Shown in pieces: positions 30,848-46,662 of a DNA stretch of 64,000 nt (within the stretch, counting starts at the first letter, position 1; the number at the start of each line of letters is the position of its first letter). Source of the DNA: Eledone cirrhosa (taxonomy: Eukaryota). Location: positions 59,582,001 to 59,646,000 of the forward strand of contig OZ024744.1 of assembly GCA_964016885.1 (NCBI GenBank). Direction: 5' to 3'. Made by a program: the position numbers and the translations under genes. Below the pieces are notes generated by a model. The model had not been told where the DNA came from and ran no database searches. It was given only the letters and a program-made list of their open reading frames with translations.

Positions 30848-31680
30848 AAGAGAGAGATGGGGCAGAGAGAGGGAGAGAGGCGGATAGACAGCTTGATAGT
30901 TAGATAGATATATATATAGATAGATAGGTACTCTATAAATACACCGCACACTTTCCCACGAAGATGCATACGATCAAAGAAACATTGCATGTACGTTATA
31001 CTGTATATACCCATGAACAATGATCATATAATTTAGTGATTCATCCACCAAACCACAATTAAAAATATGTGGTACATTGTAAATATATGTAAAATGGAAG
31101 TACGACTTATTTGCCTGTACGACTTACATAAGTATTTCTCGCGAAAAACAAAAAACAAAATAAAAAACACCACATGCAAAATCAACATGTAATTTTATTT
31201 GCTGGATCAACAAAGCCCAAATTAAAATACATTAGTATTTTGTGAATGTTGGAGGTAGAACGGAAGTACGACTTATCTACTGGTGGTGCGACATGTATGC
31301 GTGTAGATACTGTACATGTTCTGTGCGGTCGTGCAGTCATGTAGCCTTTGAGTGAATGCAACTGATTCATTTATGAAATCTGTCACTTTCAGGGCAAACG
31401 CGCAGTATACAAATGTATATCACCATATACTACATAAATATAGAATGTAAATGAAAAACGATACAAGAAAGGATATCACCTTGCGAGAGAATGTTAATTG
31501 TTAATACATCGTATTTTGTTACGCTTGTGAGTTTTTTTAGTTTCTAATATAAAATGGTGGTATCTCTTTCTTTCACACACACACGCATATATATATATAG
31601 TGTGTGTGTGAATGTGTTTCGTGTGTGTGTGTGTGTACAGGAGAGCAAAGTACATATGTAGTTATCTTTCTCCCACTCAT

Positions 31681-31713
<33 letters not shown>

Positions 31714-31859
31714 TAGCATATCTGTTGTCTTTTCATCTGTCCGTTTGTCGTCTATCAGTCTCCAGAAAAACACTTGTTTGAAGAACCTCAAGGATGTCAA
31801 CACGGATGTAATACCATTACGTTACTACTTCGTTTTTATTATAATTTGTGAGAGAGAGG

Positions 31860-31974
<115 letters not shown>

Positions 31975-32773
31975 GCGGTCTTGAATTTTATTGTTCAAGT
32001 GTTAATATATTGGCTTTCCTCTTTCCTTTTCTGCATCTCCCCCCCCCCCCCCCACACACACACTGTCTTTCTTTATTTATTTCGTTCTTTCAAGAAAAGA
32101 AACTAAAATAAGAAAACAGTGACCTTATTCTAACTCCGCTCCCTAATGGACACGTGGGCGATGACGTACAACTTTCTATGCCAACCACAAAGGACATATT
32201 GGATAACGTAATCTGAGCTAGACTATAATTGAAAAGACTGGATGGTCATATTCAGACGGAATGTCTTTTGCTCATAGGTCTGCTTATATCAGGACTGGTC
32301 TGGGTTAAACAACAACAACGTGGAACACAGAAGGTTGTCATTGAGAAGCACAAGTTGACATTGTGTATGATGGGAACTAATAGTAATTCTTTCTACCAAG
32401 ACCAGCAATTTAGGGAAAAGATGAAGTCGATTATATCGACCCAGTACATAACCAGTACTTTATTTTATTTCATCGAGAGATGAAAGGTAAAGTTAACCCC
32501 ATCGGCTTTTGATAGTGAACCGAACCGCTTAACCACTAAGCTATGCGCCTTCGCTAAAACGTCTGGTAACTCCTTTAGATTGAGATCAGTCATTTCTTGG
32601 TGTCAAAATGTCGTTGCAGTATTTGCGATCTGGTCAATGAATGTTAGTCATTTTAAGATTTTGTGCATTATTTTAAGATTACTAAAATGGCTCTGCCACG
32701 GTGTAACTGTTTCAGTTTAAACATACTTTCTCTGGTCATGATACTTGCAACATACGTACAATTCTTATATATA

Positions 32774-32980
<207 letters not shown>

Positions 32981-34554
32981 GTGTATAGTTAATCTTCCAC
33001 TATGTAATTGTTTCAATTTCAACACAGATTCAAATCAAATCACTTTACCGTATAAGTAAAACTCCGAAATATGTGATTGAAATTTCAGAAAGTGTTAAAA
33101 TTTATGAGATGGTATCTCTTATGAGGTTTCAATGTTAAGGGCTTCAATCCTATCATAAAAAGCAACATGAAATGGAGTGTCTTGCTTAAGAGCACAACGC
33201 GCCATCTAGTCCAGGCATGAAACCCATGCCTTTACGATCGTGAACCCAACACCCCTAACCATCTGCCACATGCCTTCACAATTCTTCGTTGGTGATCCTG
33301 GAATAATATTCTCGTATATAACAGGGTAAAAAAAAAATTACTTCGAATAAACACAGATACACTTAACAATATATTATCTTTTGAGGTAACTAAACGAATA
33401 GTTTAGCCTGGTCCGTTGTTGTCATACTATTGTGTTTAATGGAACTATTTCTAGCGTTTTGATAACTGACGCAGTTTTTTTATGAGGGAAGGGGGTTATT
33501 ATAGTTTATTTTATGTACATTTTTTTAATGCTTACGTTTTGTTATTAAAAGCTTATGGAAAAATGGGAAGATGTTTTTAGGTGGTGTTGGTGAGGCAGTT
33601 TTAAGTATATGACTTCTTTAAAAAAATATAATACAATAAAATGAAATGAAATAAAACAAAACAAAAGGATTGTGATGGCAGAATTTCTGTGAAAGAATGG
33701 AAAGGGGAGAAGATATACACTTAGCTTCGCATCGCGAAACATCGGATTGCAAAAAAGATTTAAAAACTGCATGATTGTTGATAGTTTAGCCGCTTGTGTT
33801 GAGGAAGTAGTGAGAGATGAGGGAAGGAGAATTGACGAACATTTTTTTTTTTTTTAAACTGGAGAGCGATTTCTTGATCTTAAAATAGTGTCATCTACCT
33901 TAGTAGTATTTATAATTTATTGGTTTATATTTTTTATTTGTGTATTCATGGTGGGAGATTGGTGGCGAGGATCCTGTTTGTCTCTTGTATCCTGTATTCT
34001 CTAAGTAAACCGCTTAAATGAAAACCAGAAGCCAGAGACATAACAGACAGGCTGAATTATTTTGTGTAAGGCATTAAGAATACAAACAGGGAGAGCTCAA
34101 AGACAAATATTTTTATAGTAATAGAACGGAAGGGTTTTCCATTCCTACTCCCGCCAGCCCTCCCGCTTTCTTTCTTTCTGTTTATATTTGTCTTTCTTTG
34201 TTTCCCCACCCCCTCTGTTTTTGTTATATTAAGGAGATGGGTGGATGAACAAAAAAAAACAGGTAACTCTATATTTAATTCACGATATTTTATGTGTGGT
34301 AGTGATGGTGAGAGGAGGTGTCCAAGGGAGAGAAACCGAAAGATTTATCACTGCTTAAAAAAACAAAAATTCAAATTGAAAAGAGAAAAAAAAAAAGAAA
34401 AAGATTTTTGAATCGAGATAAAATATTTCATAATAATTAATTAATTTAAAACAACAATACTGGATTGGACTGGATCTAAACATTTCAGATATTTCTCAAA
34501 TAAGCTTTTGTCACGATTTTCTTGCAACATATCGTTTTTGCATATAGGTGCGAA

Positions 34555-34965
34555 AATGGTTGTGTGGTTACGGAGTTCGCTTCGCAACCGTGTCGTTCTG
34601 GACTCAGTCCCACTGCCAAGCACCGTGGGCAGGCGAGGATTGGCCAATGTCTTGTGTGTGGAATTTTGTAGACGGAAGCCTATCTATCGATCTATCTATG
34701 TATGTATGTATGTGTGTATGTATGTGTTTATGTGTTTATGTGTGTGTGTATGTATGCATGTATATAAGTATGTGTCTGTGCGTGCCTATGTTGTGTCTGT
34801 CTGTGTTTATGCCGAGTAACTTAGCAGTTCGACAAACAGTTACTGATAAAGTAACTATCAGTCTTTAAAAAGTAAGTTCTGAGTTGATATGATTGATTAA
34901 ATCCCTTCAAGGAGGTGCTCCGGCATGACCAAAGTCTAATGTCTGAAACCAGTAAATAAATAAAA
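34555..34965 (+). mobile_element. tRNA-head SINE (long family with internal GT-rich tract)
   Basis: tggttgtgtggtta...cagtcccactg...gtagacggaagcc...taaatcccttcaaggaggtgctc; related copy at 36465-36850. Confidence 0.7.
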
Positions 34966-36119
34966 GAATATGGGTGAAAAAAAGGAGAAATCACTTGATA
35001 ATTTTGTTAACGAAGCAGGCAGGCATTGGTGCAAAACCACTTCCGCCCGGAAAGCCTAAAAGAAGTTGGGCTATGGGTCTTAATTTCTATAATCCTCAAC
35101 ATCTTTAAAAAAGCAACAACAAAAATTTTCTGTCACTTTGAATTTCGAGAGAAGCTTAATTATCATGGGATCCAAAAGCCTTCTTGTTTCATCCAAGTGA
35201 AATTATACTCGAAAGAACCTTGAAGTGAGACGCTCTACTACGGAATTTGAAACCGATTCCAAACAGTGTACTGCCCAAAAGGTTTGCTGTTTTCTGCGAC
35301 GCTCATCGGACAGAGTTATATCATAGGCAGACCACCAGACCTTTGGAAGCCAGTATTTGAAATATTAAAAGAAACAAACGAGTAAACCTTTGTTGAATGT
35401 GAACTCCGAATAAAAAAAAAGTCAACAACTGTCCATGGGTTATGTACATATAGCTGACAGAACATGAGTTTGACTCTCCGAGACACCAGCCTAGGTAAGG
35501 TGTTTTTGTGGAAAGTCATAGGTCGCACATGCATGCCAGTTTCCCTTCTCAACACCACTAATGTTGTCCTAGGGCAAGTTAAAGACCTATATAACTTGGT
35601 ACAAGAGCCGTTAAAATCTCATTTTCTTCCCAGCCAATTGGACTAAGCAACAGGAAGTATAGTTTCTTGATCAAGGACACAACGTGCCATCCAGTTCGAG
35701 AACCGAACTCACAACTTTACTATCGGGAATCCAGCACTCTAACCACAAACCCAAATGTTGTAGGATATTTTGTTCGACAATTTAACGATTTTACCAACCA
35801 ACCTCTTGCAAAGTATAACATAAACAATATAATGTAATAAATCGAAAGTCACTATTTTACTATAATGATTCGTTATTTGGAACTTTATACAATAGATGGT
35901 CGGCTTAATTCGTCTGCCAATTTAAATCTCACTTCCCCTCATCTTTGGGTACCTTTAGCGGAGTCTACTGCAATCGTTCGGAACAAGTTTATATTCTGAG
36001 GATACGATCTCTCCTTCCAACAATCTCGGTGGTCATGAAAAGGATCATGGGCAATGCAAGGAACCAGCACAAATGCCACAAGGCAATATCGTCCTGCAAT
36101 CTAAGAATTCTTTCAGTTA

Positions 36120-36268
36120 ACCGGCCCTTTACTATTACTTTTCATTTATTGATACCGCAAGAATGAAAGACAAAGTTGACACCGGCAGAATTTGAACTCA
36201 GAATGTGAAGTGAGCAAGAACACATACCGTAAGGTATTTTATCCTATGCTCTAACGACTCTGCCAGTT
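36120..36268 (-). mobile_element. tRNA-head SINE, partial
   Basis: atttgaactcagaa ... gctctaacgactctgccag. Confidence 0.7.
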
Positions 36269-36464
36269 TTCTGAGAGTGGATAAGGTGTTGAATCTATTT
36301 GCCAATAAATAGTTTGCGAGTTCAAATCTGCGGCAGTCGCACCATTATGTTTATGGAACATACGAGCAGTTAATTCTACATTTCCTCACATCCCCTAAAC
36401 AATCCGTACATCGTTAAACAAAAGAAAAAAAAAAATCCCAAACTTCCATCAGTCAAAGTTATGA

Positions 36465-36850
36465 TTGTTTGTTAAAGGAGTTCACTTCGCAAACACATGG
36501 CTTAGGTTTCAGTCCCACTACGTCCTACCCTAGGCAAATGCCTTCTGCAATAGCCTCAAGTTGACCAATGTATTGTGAGTGAAATTTGGCCGGCGGAAGC
36601 TGTGTAGTAAGCCAGTCGTAAATTTACACATGCATGTATGTAAGTGCACGCGAGTGTGCGTGTCTGTGTCTTTGTTTGCTTTTATTGTTTGTTTATGTCC
36701 CGTAACTTAGCAGTTCAACAAAAAGAGATCGATAAAAATAAGTCTTTGAAAAAAAAAAAAAAATCAACAAGTACTAGGGCTGAGATGATCGACTAAAATC
36801 CCTTCCAGGCAGTACCCTAACATGGCCGCAGTTACGCCTAATCACTGAAA
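36465..36850 (+). mobile_element. tRNA-head SINE (long family)
   Basis: Colinear with 34555-34965. Confidence 0.7.
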
Positions 36851-37819
36851 TAATAAAGGAAGTAAAAGAAAAAAAATTTCCCTTGGATTCGTCTCGCTTC
36901 CCTCCTTGCTTCCACCCGAAAACTGTCTTGTTTCGCTGTACGAATTTTCTTTCGGAGATCCCGGTAGAAAACGTGAAACATGTGCAGTTCACACTTATGC
37001 AAATTTAGTTGACCTTTTACAAAGGTGTATCTCATAGGAGGTTTCTTGGGTGTTTTGATGATTAGGATCAGTGAACTATCATTAAAATCAACGTGAAATG
37101 AAGCGTTTTGCTCAAGAACATAATGCATCACCCGATCCGGAAATCGAATCGATGACCTTATGTTTGTCAGTCCAACACCATAACACCCTAGGTATGTCGT
37201 GAATAAGGGGAAATTTGGGTTACATTTTAAATAAACAAACTGATTATGTTTTTTTTTCTGGCGACATATGTCAGTTAGTGTTTACAATCTGTCATGGCGT
37301 CGACATAACTTATCAGTTGGAAGCGGCAGTTAAACAGTTGTGAAGTCACACTGGAGCCAAATCTACGATCACTCTTCGAACTGTTAGAAATAGTCGCCAA
37401 ATCTCCCTAAAATCATGGGGCTATACAATAACAACAACAGCCAAATTTGGTTGTCATATTTTACTCTAGTTTTCACTCTTTTGTTTTCAGCTTGTTTTGT
37501 ACCAGCTTTTTCAAAACAATCAGAACCGCATATTTTCATAACGCTTCATATAAACAATGCTGCTTAACATTTAAAGAAATCTTTGATTTATTTTAATCAG
37601 AAATTAGACTTCCTTTTTCTCTTTTGTAAGTGGGTGGCGAGGAATGAATTCGCTTGTAAAGGTCTCCAATATATTTACTGGTACGTATTTTAATTGTCAA
37701 ATGTCTCGGACCTGTTACTCGTTCACGTGAGCACCCCGTCCACACCATCGTTTGGCCAACGCGTCTTATTACAACTAGGTTAGATTGTTATTGTTGTTGT
37801 TGTTGTTGTTGGATCTTCA

Positions 37820-38075
37820 TTGACGTGTCCCAGTTGTTTGATCAACGGAACAACTTGACTGAGCACTTCAAACATACATGTACTCTTAACGTAGTTTTCG
37901 GGGAAATTCAATGAAACAGTGTATGACAAGGCTGGCCCTTTGAATTCCAGGTAAAACTCATTTTTTCCAGCTGAGTGGGTGAAATAAAGTGTTTTGCTCA
38001 AGGACATAACGCGCTACTGGAAATTGAAATGTCAGCCTCATGATCGTAAAGCGCACACCTCCCTAAACACTAAGT
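37820..38075 (-). mobile_element. tRNA-head SINE (long family), diverged; similar fragments at about 10800-10935, 33170-33275, 35590-35745 and 37080-37190
   Basis: tgaaataaagtgttttgctcaaggacataacgc motif and inverted match to 1369-1660. Confidence 0.65.
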
Positions 38076-38744
38076 TATATGCACCCTCGCATTATTATAT
38101 ATATTTGAACACGGACTTATAACAAATAAGAAAGAAAAACAACGAAAACATTGATTCCTTTTTGAACCAGACAGAAATAGCGTAGAATTTTTGAGAAAGA
38201 TGAAATGTTTTGAAATTTTGTGATGTTTATACTATTTGTGACGTATGATTAATATCAGTAGCGGTTTTTCATATTAGTTATATAGGATGCACCCTAGAGC
38301 CCCATAATCAAGTGTGGGGTGGGCAGTTTCATTTGAATATATATTTATATGAAACAACATTTTCGACAGATTTTAGTGTATTTTATTTCTTATTAAATTG
38401 TCACCTCTATTTTAGAGATCTGAATGGATCGAAACTGGAATATCAGCTTCATATGCTCTTAATATCAATTATTAAGTGATGCTGGCGGTCTCAAATGTTC
38501 TCTGGCGCAGTCCTCACAGATGCTTTAATCCAGTCTTACTAATAACACATTCTTAACTTATCTTGCTTATTTGCAACTTTATAAAAATAGAATAAAACAG
38601 AATAAAAATAATATTAAATGAATCTTTATATTTCATGTATATTCTTGATAAAAACATTTGTGAAGTTCCCCGCCAGGGTCTTCATTTAACCGAAGTTAGG
38701 TTAAGCATTACTATTATATTATATTATTATTATTATCAGTAGAG

Positions 38745-38965
38745 AGGGTGGTGGATTGGCAGTATCGGTTGGGCGTCGTACAATATGCTTTCCGACATAG
38801 AGTTACGGCCCTTTACGCTTTGCGTTCAAATCCCGCCGAGATTAGCTTAGCCTTTCATTCTTACGGGGTCAATAAAATAAAGTACCAGTCACGCACTGGA
38901 GTCGATTTAATCGACTTTCCCCTCCCCCAAAATTGCTGGCCTTGTGACTATATCAGAAACCATCA
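38745..38965 (+). mobile_element. tRNA-head SINE (short family)
   Basis: ggattggcagtatcgg...gttcaaatcccgccgag...aattgctggccttgtg. Confidence 0.85.
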
Positions 38966-38999
38966 TTATTATCAGTAGTACAGTCACATTTACTGAAGA

Positions 39000-39540
39000 C
39001 TATGCCTTCGGATTCACATGAACTCAGGGCCTTCCTCCGAAAGAGAATTTTTGTATAATGGAATGAGACTGATTTGGAGGTGAATTTGGTGAAGGGGCTT
39101 CTTGAAAAATTCAGATGGGTTAGCCGGGACGTTTTGTTTTGTTTTGTGTGGGAGGTGAGATAGGGGTGGCTAAATATTCACTGATCCAGTATTCCTTCTA
39201 GGTTCTCCGGACCCTGGGCCGATGTACCGGCTGACCCACCACCACCAATGCCACAGCTGCCACTATAGTCACCATATCCACTACCACCACGATCAAAACC
39301 ATCATTTCGTAGCCTCGCCACTTAACCCCACGCCTACCCCCGATCCCGATCCTGACAATAACATCTGTTAATTCCTCTCGGATCTTCAATCTTCAGCCCC
39401 ACCTTCCTCTACTTTACTTGTGTTGAAATAGTTTGGCTTTTTCTTTTCATTCAGGATCTGAAGATACGTTATTTCTGTTAGTTGAAGAGATGTCAGCGCC
39501 GTCTCCTCGCTTTCTGCTTGTGCCAGTCACTATAGTAACT
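39000..39540 (-). pseudogene. Possible decayed retrocopy of an RGG/Gly-rich protein mRNA
   Basis: Broken minus frames read LNEKKKPNY...EEGGAED, DRDRG and NDGFDRGGSGYGDYSGSCGIGGGG; multiple stops; parent not recognised. Confidence 0.25.
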
Positions 39541-39668
39541 ATGGCAGCACCACATTTCTACAAACACCTTCCCACCCCTATATGTGTGTATGCATGTATA
39601 TGTGTGTATGTGAATGTTCGCTTATATGTGCACATACCCCCACAGACAGCTAACCCAGATGTGTCAGT

Positions 39669-39821
<153 letters not shown>

Positions 39822-40143
39822 GATAGATAGATAGATTTAGATAGACAGATAAATGGACATAGCTAGACAGACAGATGGTACGATGGAAGGAAGGCTAGAT
39901 GGATGGTTGGATAGATACACACAACTACACGAGTGAATACAATATTTCAATAGTATATGTAGGATGACAATTGAATATATTTAGTTATAATAGTGTTGTA
40001 TTATAGTACAATACTATGTTGTAAAAATGTAGTTGTACACTACTTTGCCCTAACTTGGTATTGAGTTCTTTATATAGTGTAAGATTTTTTTTGTTGCAAA
40101 ACACAAACATATACATGTTCACAAATATAAATACGAATACGTG

Positions 40144-40200
<57 letters not shown>

Positions 40201-40209
40201 TGCATACGT

Positions 40210-40243
<34 letters not shown>

Positions 40244-40246
40244 CAA

Positions 40247-40293
<47 letters not shown>

Positions 40294-40362
40294 TACATAC
40301 ATATATATATATACATACAAACACACACATATATAATATATATATATATAAATATACATATG

Positions 40363-40406
<44 letters not shown>

Positions 40407-40414
40407 TACATATG

Positions 40415-40466
<52 letters not shown>

Positions 40467-40550
40467 TACATATGTATGTATATATATATATATATATATA
40501 TAAATATACATATGTATGTGTATATATATATATATATAAATATACATATG

Positions 40551-40588
<38 letters not shown>

Positions 40589-40596
40589 TACATATG

Positions 40597-40628
<32 letters not shown>

Positions 40629-40778
40629 AATATACATATGTATGTGTATATATATATATAAATATACATATGTATGTGTATATATATATATATATAAATA
40701 TACATATGTATGTGTATATATATATATATATAAATATACATATGTATATATAGCTATATATATATAAATATACATATG

Positions 40779-40816
<38 letters not shown>

Positions 40817-40847
40817 TACATATGTATATATAGCTATATATATATAA

Positions 40848-40910
<63 letters not shown>

Positions 40911-40978
40911 TACATATGATGTATATATATATATTAATTCAAAATATTAACAACAATAGACATTCGTGTGATCAAGTA

Positions 40979-41045
40979 TATTTTATTATACATATTTCAG
41001 AGGTACTGGGCTATCTTCAACAGTACGTCCTCATCAGATAAAATA
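40979..41045 (-). ncRNA. Type I hammerhead ribozyme fold
   Basis: tattttat CTGATGA [ggacgtactg...cagtacctct] GAAA tatgta TA ataaaata. Confidence 0.8.
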
Positions 41046-41172
41046 AGATGATGCATGACATACCCTGACATAGTAGATGGTTAAAATTCAGTCATGGCAG
41101 TGAGTAAGATATGACAAAACTCAATATTTATATACCTTAAGATTGAGACATGAAATATATATATATATATAA

Positions 41173-41303
<131 letters not shown>

Positions 41304-41316
41304 TATATAAATATAT

Positions 41317-41625
<309 letters not shown>

Positions 41626-41634
41626 AATATAAAT

Positions 41635-41683
<49 letters not shown>

Positions 41684-41906
41684 AATATATATATAAATAT
41701 ATATATATATAAGTATATATATAGATATAAATATATATATATATATATAAATATATATATAAGTATATATATAGATATAAATATATATATAAGTATATAT
41801 ATAGATATAAATATATATAAATATATAAATATATATATATATAAATATATATATATATAAATATATATATATATAAATATATAAATATATATATATATAT
41901 ATATAA

Positions 41907-41939
<33 letters not shown>

Positions 41940-41950
41940 AATATATATAA

Positions 41951-42021
<71 letters not shown>

Positions 42022-42082
42022 AATATATATATATAAATAAATATATATATATAAATATATATATATAAATATATATATATAA

Positions 42083-42156
<74 letters not shown>

Positions 42157-42456
42157 GTATATAAATATACATATGTATGTATATATATATATGAATATAC
42201 ATATGTATGTATATATAAATATACATATGTATGTATATATATATAAATATACATATGTACATATATATAAATATACATATGGATATATATATATAAATAT
42301 ACATATGTATATATATATAAATATACATATGTATATATATATATAAATATACATATGTATATATATATAAATATACATATGTATATATATATATAAATAT
42401 ACATATGTATATATATATAAATATACATATGTATGTATATATATATAAATATATAG

Positions 42457-42487
<31 letters not shown>

Positions 42488-42980
42488 AATATATAGATAT
42501 GTATATATATATATATAAATATATACATATATGTATGTATATATATATATATAAATATATACATCTATATATATATAAATATATACATCTATATATATAA
42601 ATATATACATTTACATATATATATATAAATATATACATTTATATATATAAATATATACATTTATATATATATATATATATACATTTATATATATATATTT
42701 ATACATATTTATATATATATATTTATACATATATATATATATAAATATATACATATATATATAGATAGCTATATAAATATATACATTTATATATATATAT
42801 AAATATGGCCCGCCTAAAACCATGCTAGCGTGGAAGATAGACGTTAAACGATGATGATGATATTTATATATATATATATTTATATAAATATATAAATAAT
42901 ACATAGGTATATCCTAATGTTTGTTGAGTGAGATGGAGTTGGTCAGAGTATCGCTTAAGGCTTTCTCTGTTAATGTATTA

Positions 42981-43110
<130 letters not shown>

Positions 43111-43113
43111 TAC

Positions 43114-43154
<41 letters not shown>

Positions 43155-43157
43155 TAC

Positions 43158-43192
<35 letters not shown>

Positions 43193-43291
43193 TACATTTA
43201 TATATATATATATATATATAAATATACATTTATATATATATATATATATATAAATATACATTTATATATATATATATATATATAAATATAC

Positions 43292-43370
<79 letters not shown>

Positions 43371-43373
43371 TAC

Positions 43374-43410
<37 letters not shown>

Positions 43411-43617
43411 TACATTTATATATATATATATATATATATATAAATATAAATTTATATATATATATATATATATATATAAATATACATTTATATATATATA
43501 TATATATATGTGTAAATGAAGTCATTCCATCGGAAAAGTCCAGGAAAAAAGAGTGCTCTATGTAAGCAACAGAGCTTAATTATTATTATTATGTAATAAA
43601 CAACATAAGGCAATTAT

Positions 43618-43675
43618 TCCATTTACCAGTGGTTTCTTAAAAGCAAAAGGTTTTGCTTTCAATCCTCAGAATGAA
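43618..43675 (-). ncRNA. Mirror-image copy of the hammerhead at 43740
   Basis: Reverse complement of 43740-43797 within the palindrome 43579-43836. Confidence 0.8.
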
Positions 43676-43739
43676 AAATCCTGGTTTGTTTATTGAATAT
43701 GGATTCTAAAAACCATATTCAATAAACAAACCAGGATTT

Positions 43740-43797
43740 TTCATTCTGAGGATTGAAAGCAAAACCTTTTGCTTTTAAGAAACCACTGGTAAATGGA
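43740..43797 (+). ncRNA. Type I hammerhead ribozyme fold
   Basis: ttcatt CTGAGGA [ttgaaagcaaaa cc ttttgcttttaa] GAAA ccactgg TA aatgga. Confidence 0.8.
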
Positions 43798-43960
43798 ATA
43801 ATTGCCTTATGTTGTTTATTACATAATAATAATAATATATATATATATATAAATATACATTTATATATATATATATATATATATAAATATACATTTATAT
43901 ATATATATATATATATATATAAATATACATTTATATATATATATATATATATAAATATAC

Positions 43961-44023
<63 letters not shown>

Positions 44024-44559
44024 TATACACTTATATATATATAAATATATACACACTTATATATATATATATATATATATACACTTATATATATATATAC
44101 ACACTTATATATATACACTTATATATATATATACACTTATATATATATACATACTTATATATATATATATACACATTTATATATATAATATATATATATA
44201 TATATATTGTTATACTTTGGGAGAGTCATGTTGGCAATAAGAAACACACGCACCTGTTTCTTAATGGCAACATGATCCTCCCAAAGTATAACAATATCGG
44301 TTTCAACACATGCTATCAGATAAAGTATCTTGCTAAACAAATTCAGAAACGAAATATAAATATATACATTTACATATAATATATACAATATATACATTTA
44401 TATATATAATATATATATATAATATATATAACATATACATGTATATATTATATATATAATATATATATATATATATAATATATATAATATATATATATAT
44501 ATACATTTATATACATTTATATATATATATATATATATAAATATATACATTTATATATA

Positions 44560-44590
<31 letters not shown>

Positions 44591-44730
44591 ATATATATAT
44601 ATACAGAGAGCGAGAGAGAGAGAGATAAAAGAAAGACAATTTTAACCAAAACAAATAGAGAAGAAAAAAGAAAAACATCGACAAAACAATAACAATGCCA
44701 AAAACGAAAGAAGAAAAAACTACATGTGTG

Positions 44731-44777
<47 letters not shown>

Positions 44778-44954
44778 TGAAGTGTGTGTTTTTATGTAAT
44801 AATCATACCGAGAAGCAGCCAAACATTATTAACTGAATGAGTTATTTCTTACAAATCGTCAAAGCATATATTAAAAAAGTTTTCGGCGAAAAAGTTGAAA
44901 AGTTAAAAGTTGTCGGCAACTAGGCTGGAAGATTATATATATAAATATATACAT

Positions 44955-45052
<98 letters not shown>

Positions 45053-45335
45053 ATGTATATATTTCTATACCTTTCATTTATATATATATATATATATATA
45101 GGTGTGGGTGCAAACAGAAGAAAACTGCAATGTACACATAATGTGTTTGTTGATAATATTTATAATATTTATAACACAATCTGAATGAAATGTTCCTATC
45201 AAACCGCTGTTAACGTATAAAATAAGTCAAACTCTTAATATATATCTTGTAAATATATAGATATATAAAATATATGTACATATGTATATTGTAAATGTAT
45301 AGATATATAAAATATATAGTGGAATGTATGCTTAC

Positions 45336-46662
45336 CCGGTGTCGTGCAAGGGCTCGCGTCGTTGTTTTTCACTTTTTTACCAGCTTCGACATCCATATCT
45401 TTAGTTTTGGACCGCTTCGGCCAGACTCCCTTTTTTATGTCTTCGAATCTACTCTTGGCACTGTTGCTGCTGCTTTTGCTGCTACTGCTGACACCACCAC
45501 CTCCACCACTACCAACATGGGCGCTGCCACTAATTACGCCGCCATCGTCGTCGCCGCTGTTAACACCTCCCTGTCTCTCGTCAATCATCGACACACTCAC
45601 TTCTTTCTTCTTCTCCTCTACGTTCGTTTCTCCTTCCTCCTTACCTTCCTCATTACACGCCTTTTCTCTTTCTTTGTGTTGTTTCTCCTGTTTCTTCTTC
45701 TGCTTTTCTTCGTCTTTCTTCTTTTTCTCATCTTCTTTCTTCTTGCGTTTTTCTTCCTCCTCTTCTCTCTTCTTCTCTTTCTTTTTCTTCTTCTCCTCCT
45801 CTACTGCTTCTTTCTTCTTTTTGTTCTCCTCTTCTCTCAACTTTGCATTCTCTTTCTCCTCTTTCTCTTTCTCAATCTTCGTCTCCGTCTCTTTCTCTTT
45901 CTCCTTGCTACCGGCGCCCCTTTCTTTGTTCATCCCTTCTTCTGGAGATGCCGCCGCCGTAACCGATGATCTGTTGCTTTCCTCTTTGGTGTTCGCTTTC
46001 GCAGGATTTTCAGTCGATCCTTTGGAGCCGCTGCTGCTGATGCCTGCACCCATCGAGGTAGCTGGCTCTTTGGAACGGGTGAGAAAGTTGAATCGATCCG
46101 TCAAAGATTTTCTCAGCGTCGAATCGCTGGACTTTTTGTCCGCTTTCGGCGGACCGTCAGTAGGGGTTGAAGTGACGACTGTGGCAGTCGCAGAGCTTGC
46201 TAGCGGGGTAGACGGTGGTGGCCGTGACGGGGGTGGTTGTCTCGGAGAAGTAGACGCATTGCTGTTGGGACTGCCAGAGTTTTTGTTGGTATTAGTGTTA
46301 GTGTTGGTGTTGTTAGTGTGATTTGTGTTGGTGTTGTTACCTGCAGTTGAACCGCTATTTGCAGTTTTCCAGTTGTTGCTGTTAGGAGCAGTGCTATTAT
46401 TACTACTACTACTATCGGCGTTAAGGGCGCCTGTCGCAGCCGGTAAAGGCTTTTGCGCAGCTGGCGGTGTTACACCGACGCCTCCGCCGTTGTTGCTGCT
46501 GTTGTTGCTACTCGTCTGCACTGAATTCGTTGCAGCGGTGGTAGATGCACCGCCGCTCGCATTGTCTACGTTTGGGTTGGTGACTTCGTGGTTCGGGCCG
46601 GAGGAAGGTGCGGTCAGACCGCCGCCACCTGGACTTTCCAAGCCGACTTTCGAATCCTTCAT
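45336..46662 (-). CDS. Probable first coding exon (442 codons + 1 nt, phase 1) of an unidentified host gene; disordered Ser/Asn/Thr/Pro-rich N-terminus followed by a Lys/Glu-rich charged tract
   Basis: Long ORF (MKDSKVGLESPG...ASPCTTP) in GC-richer sequence with varied codons. Coding-like composition stops at a canonical donor CCG G|GTAAG (+ strand cttac at 45331-45335); the ORF tail beyond it is (TA)-repeat read-through. Confidence 0.8.

Noticed and set aside
45235-45335. C-terminal tail of the 475-aa ORF (KHTFHYIFY...)
   Set aside because: It lies past the GTAAG donor in TA-rich intron.
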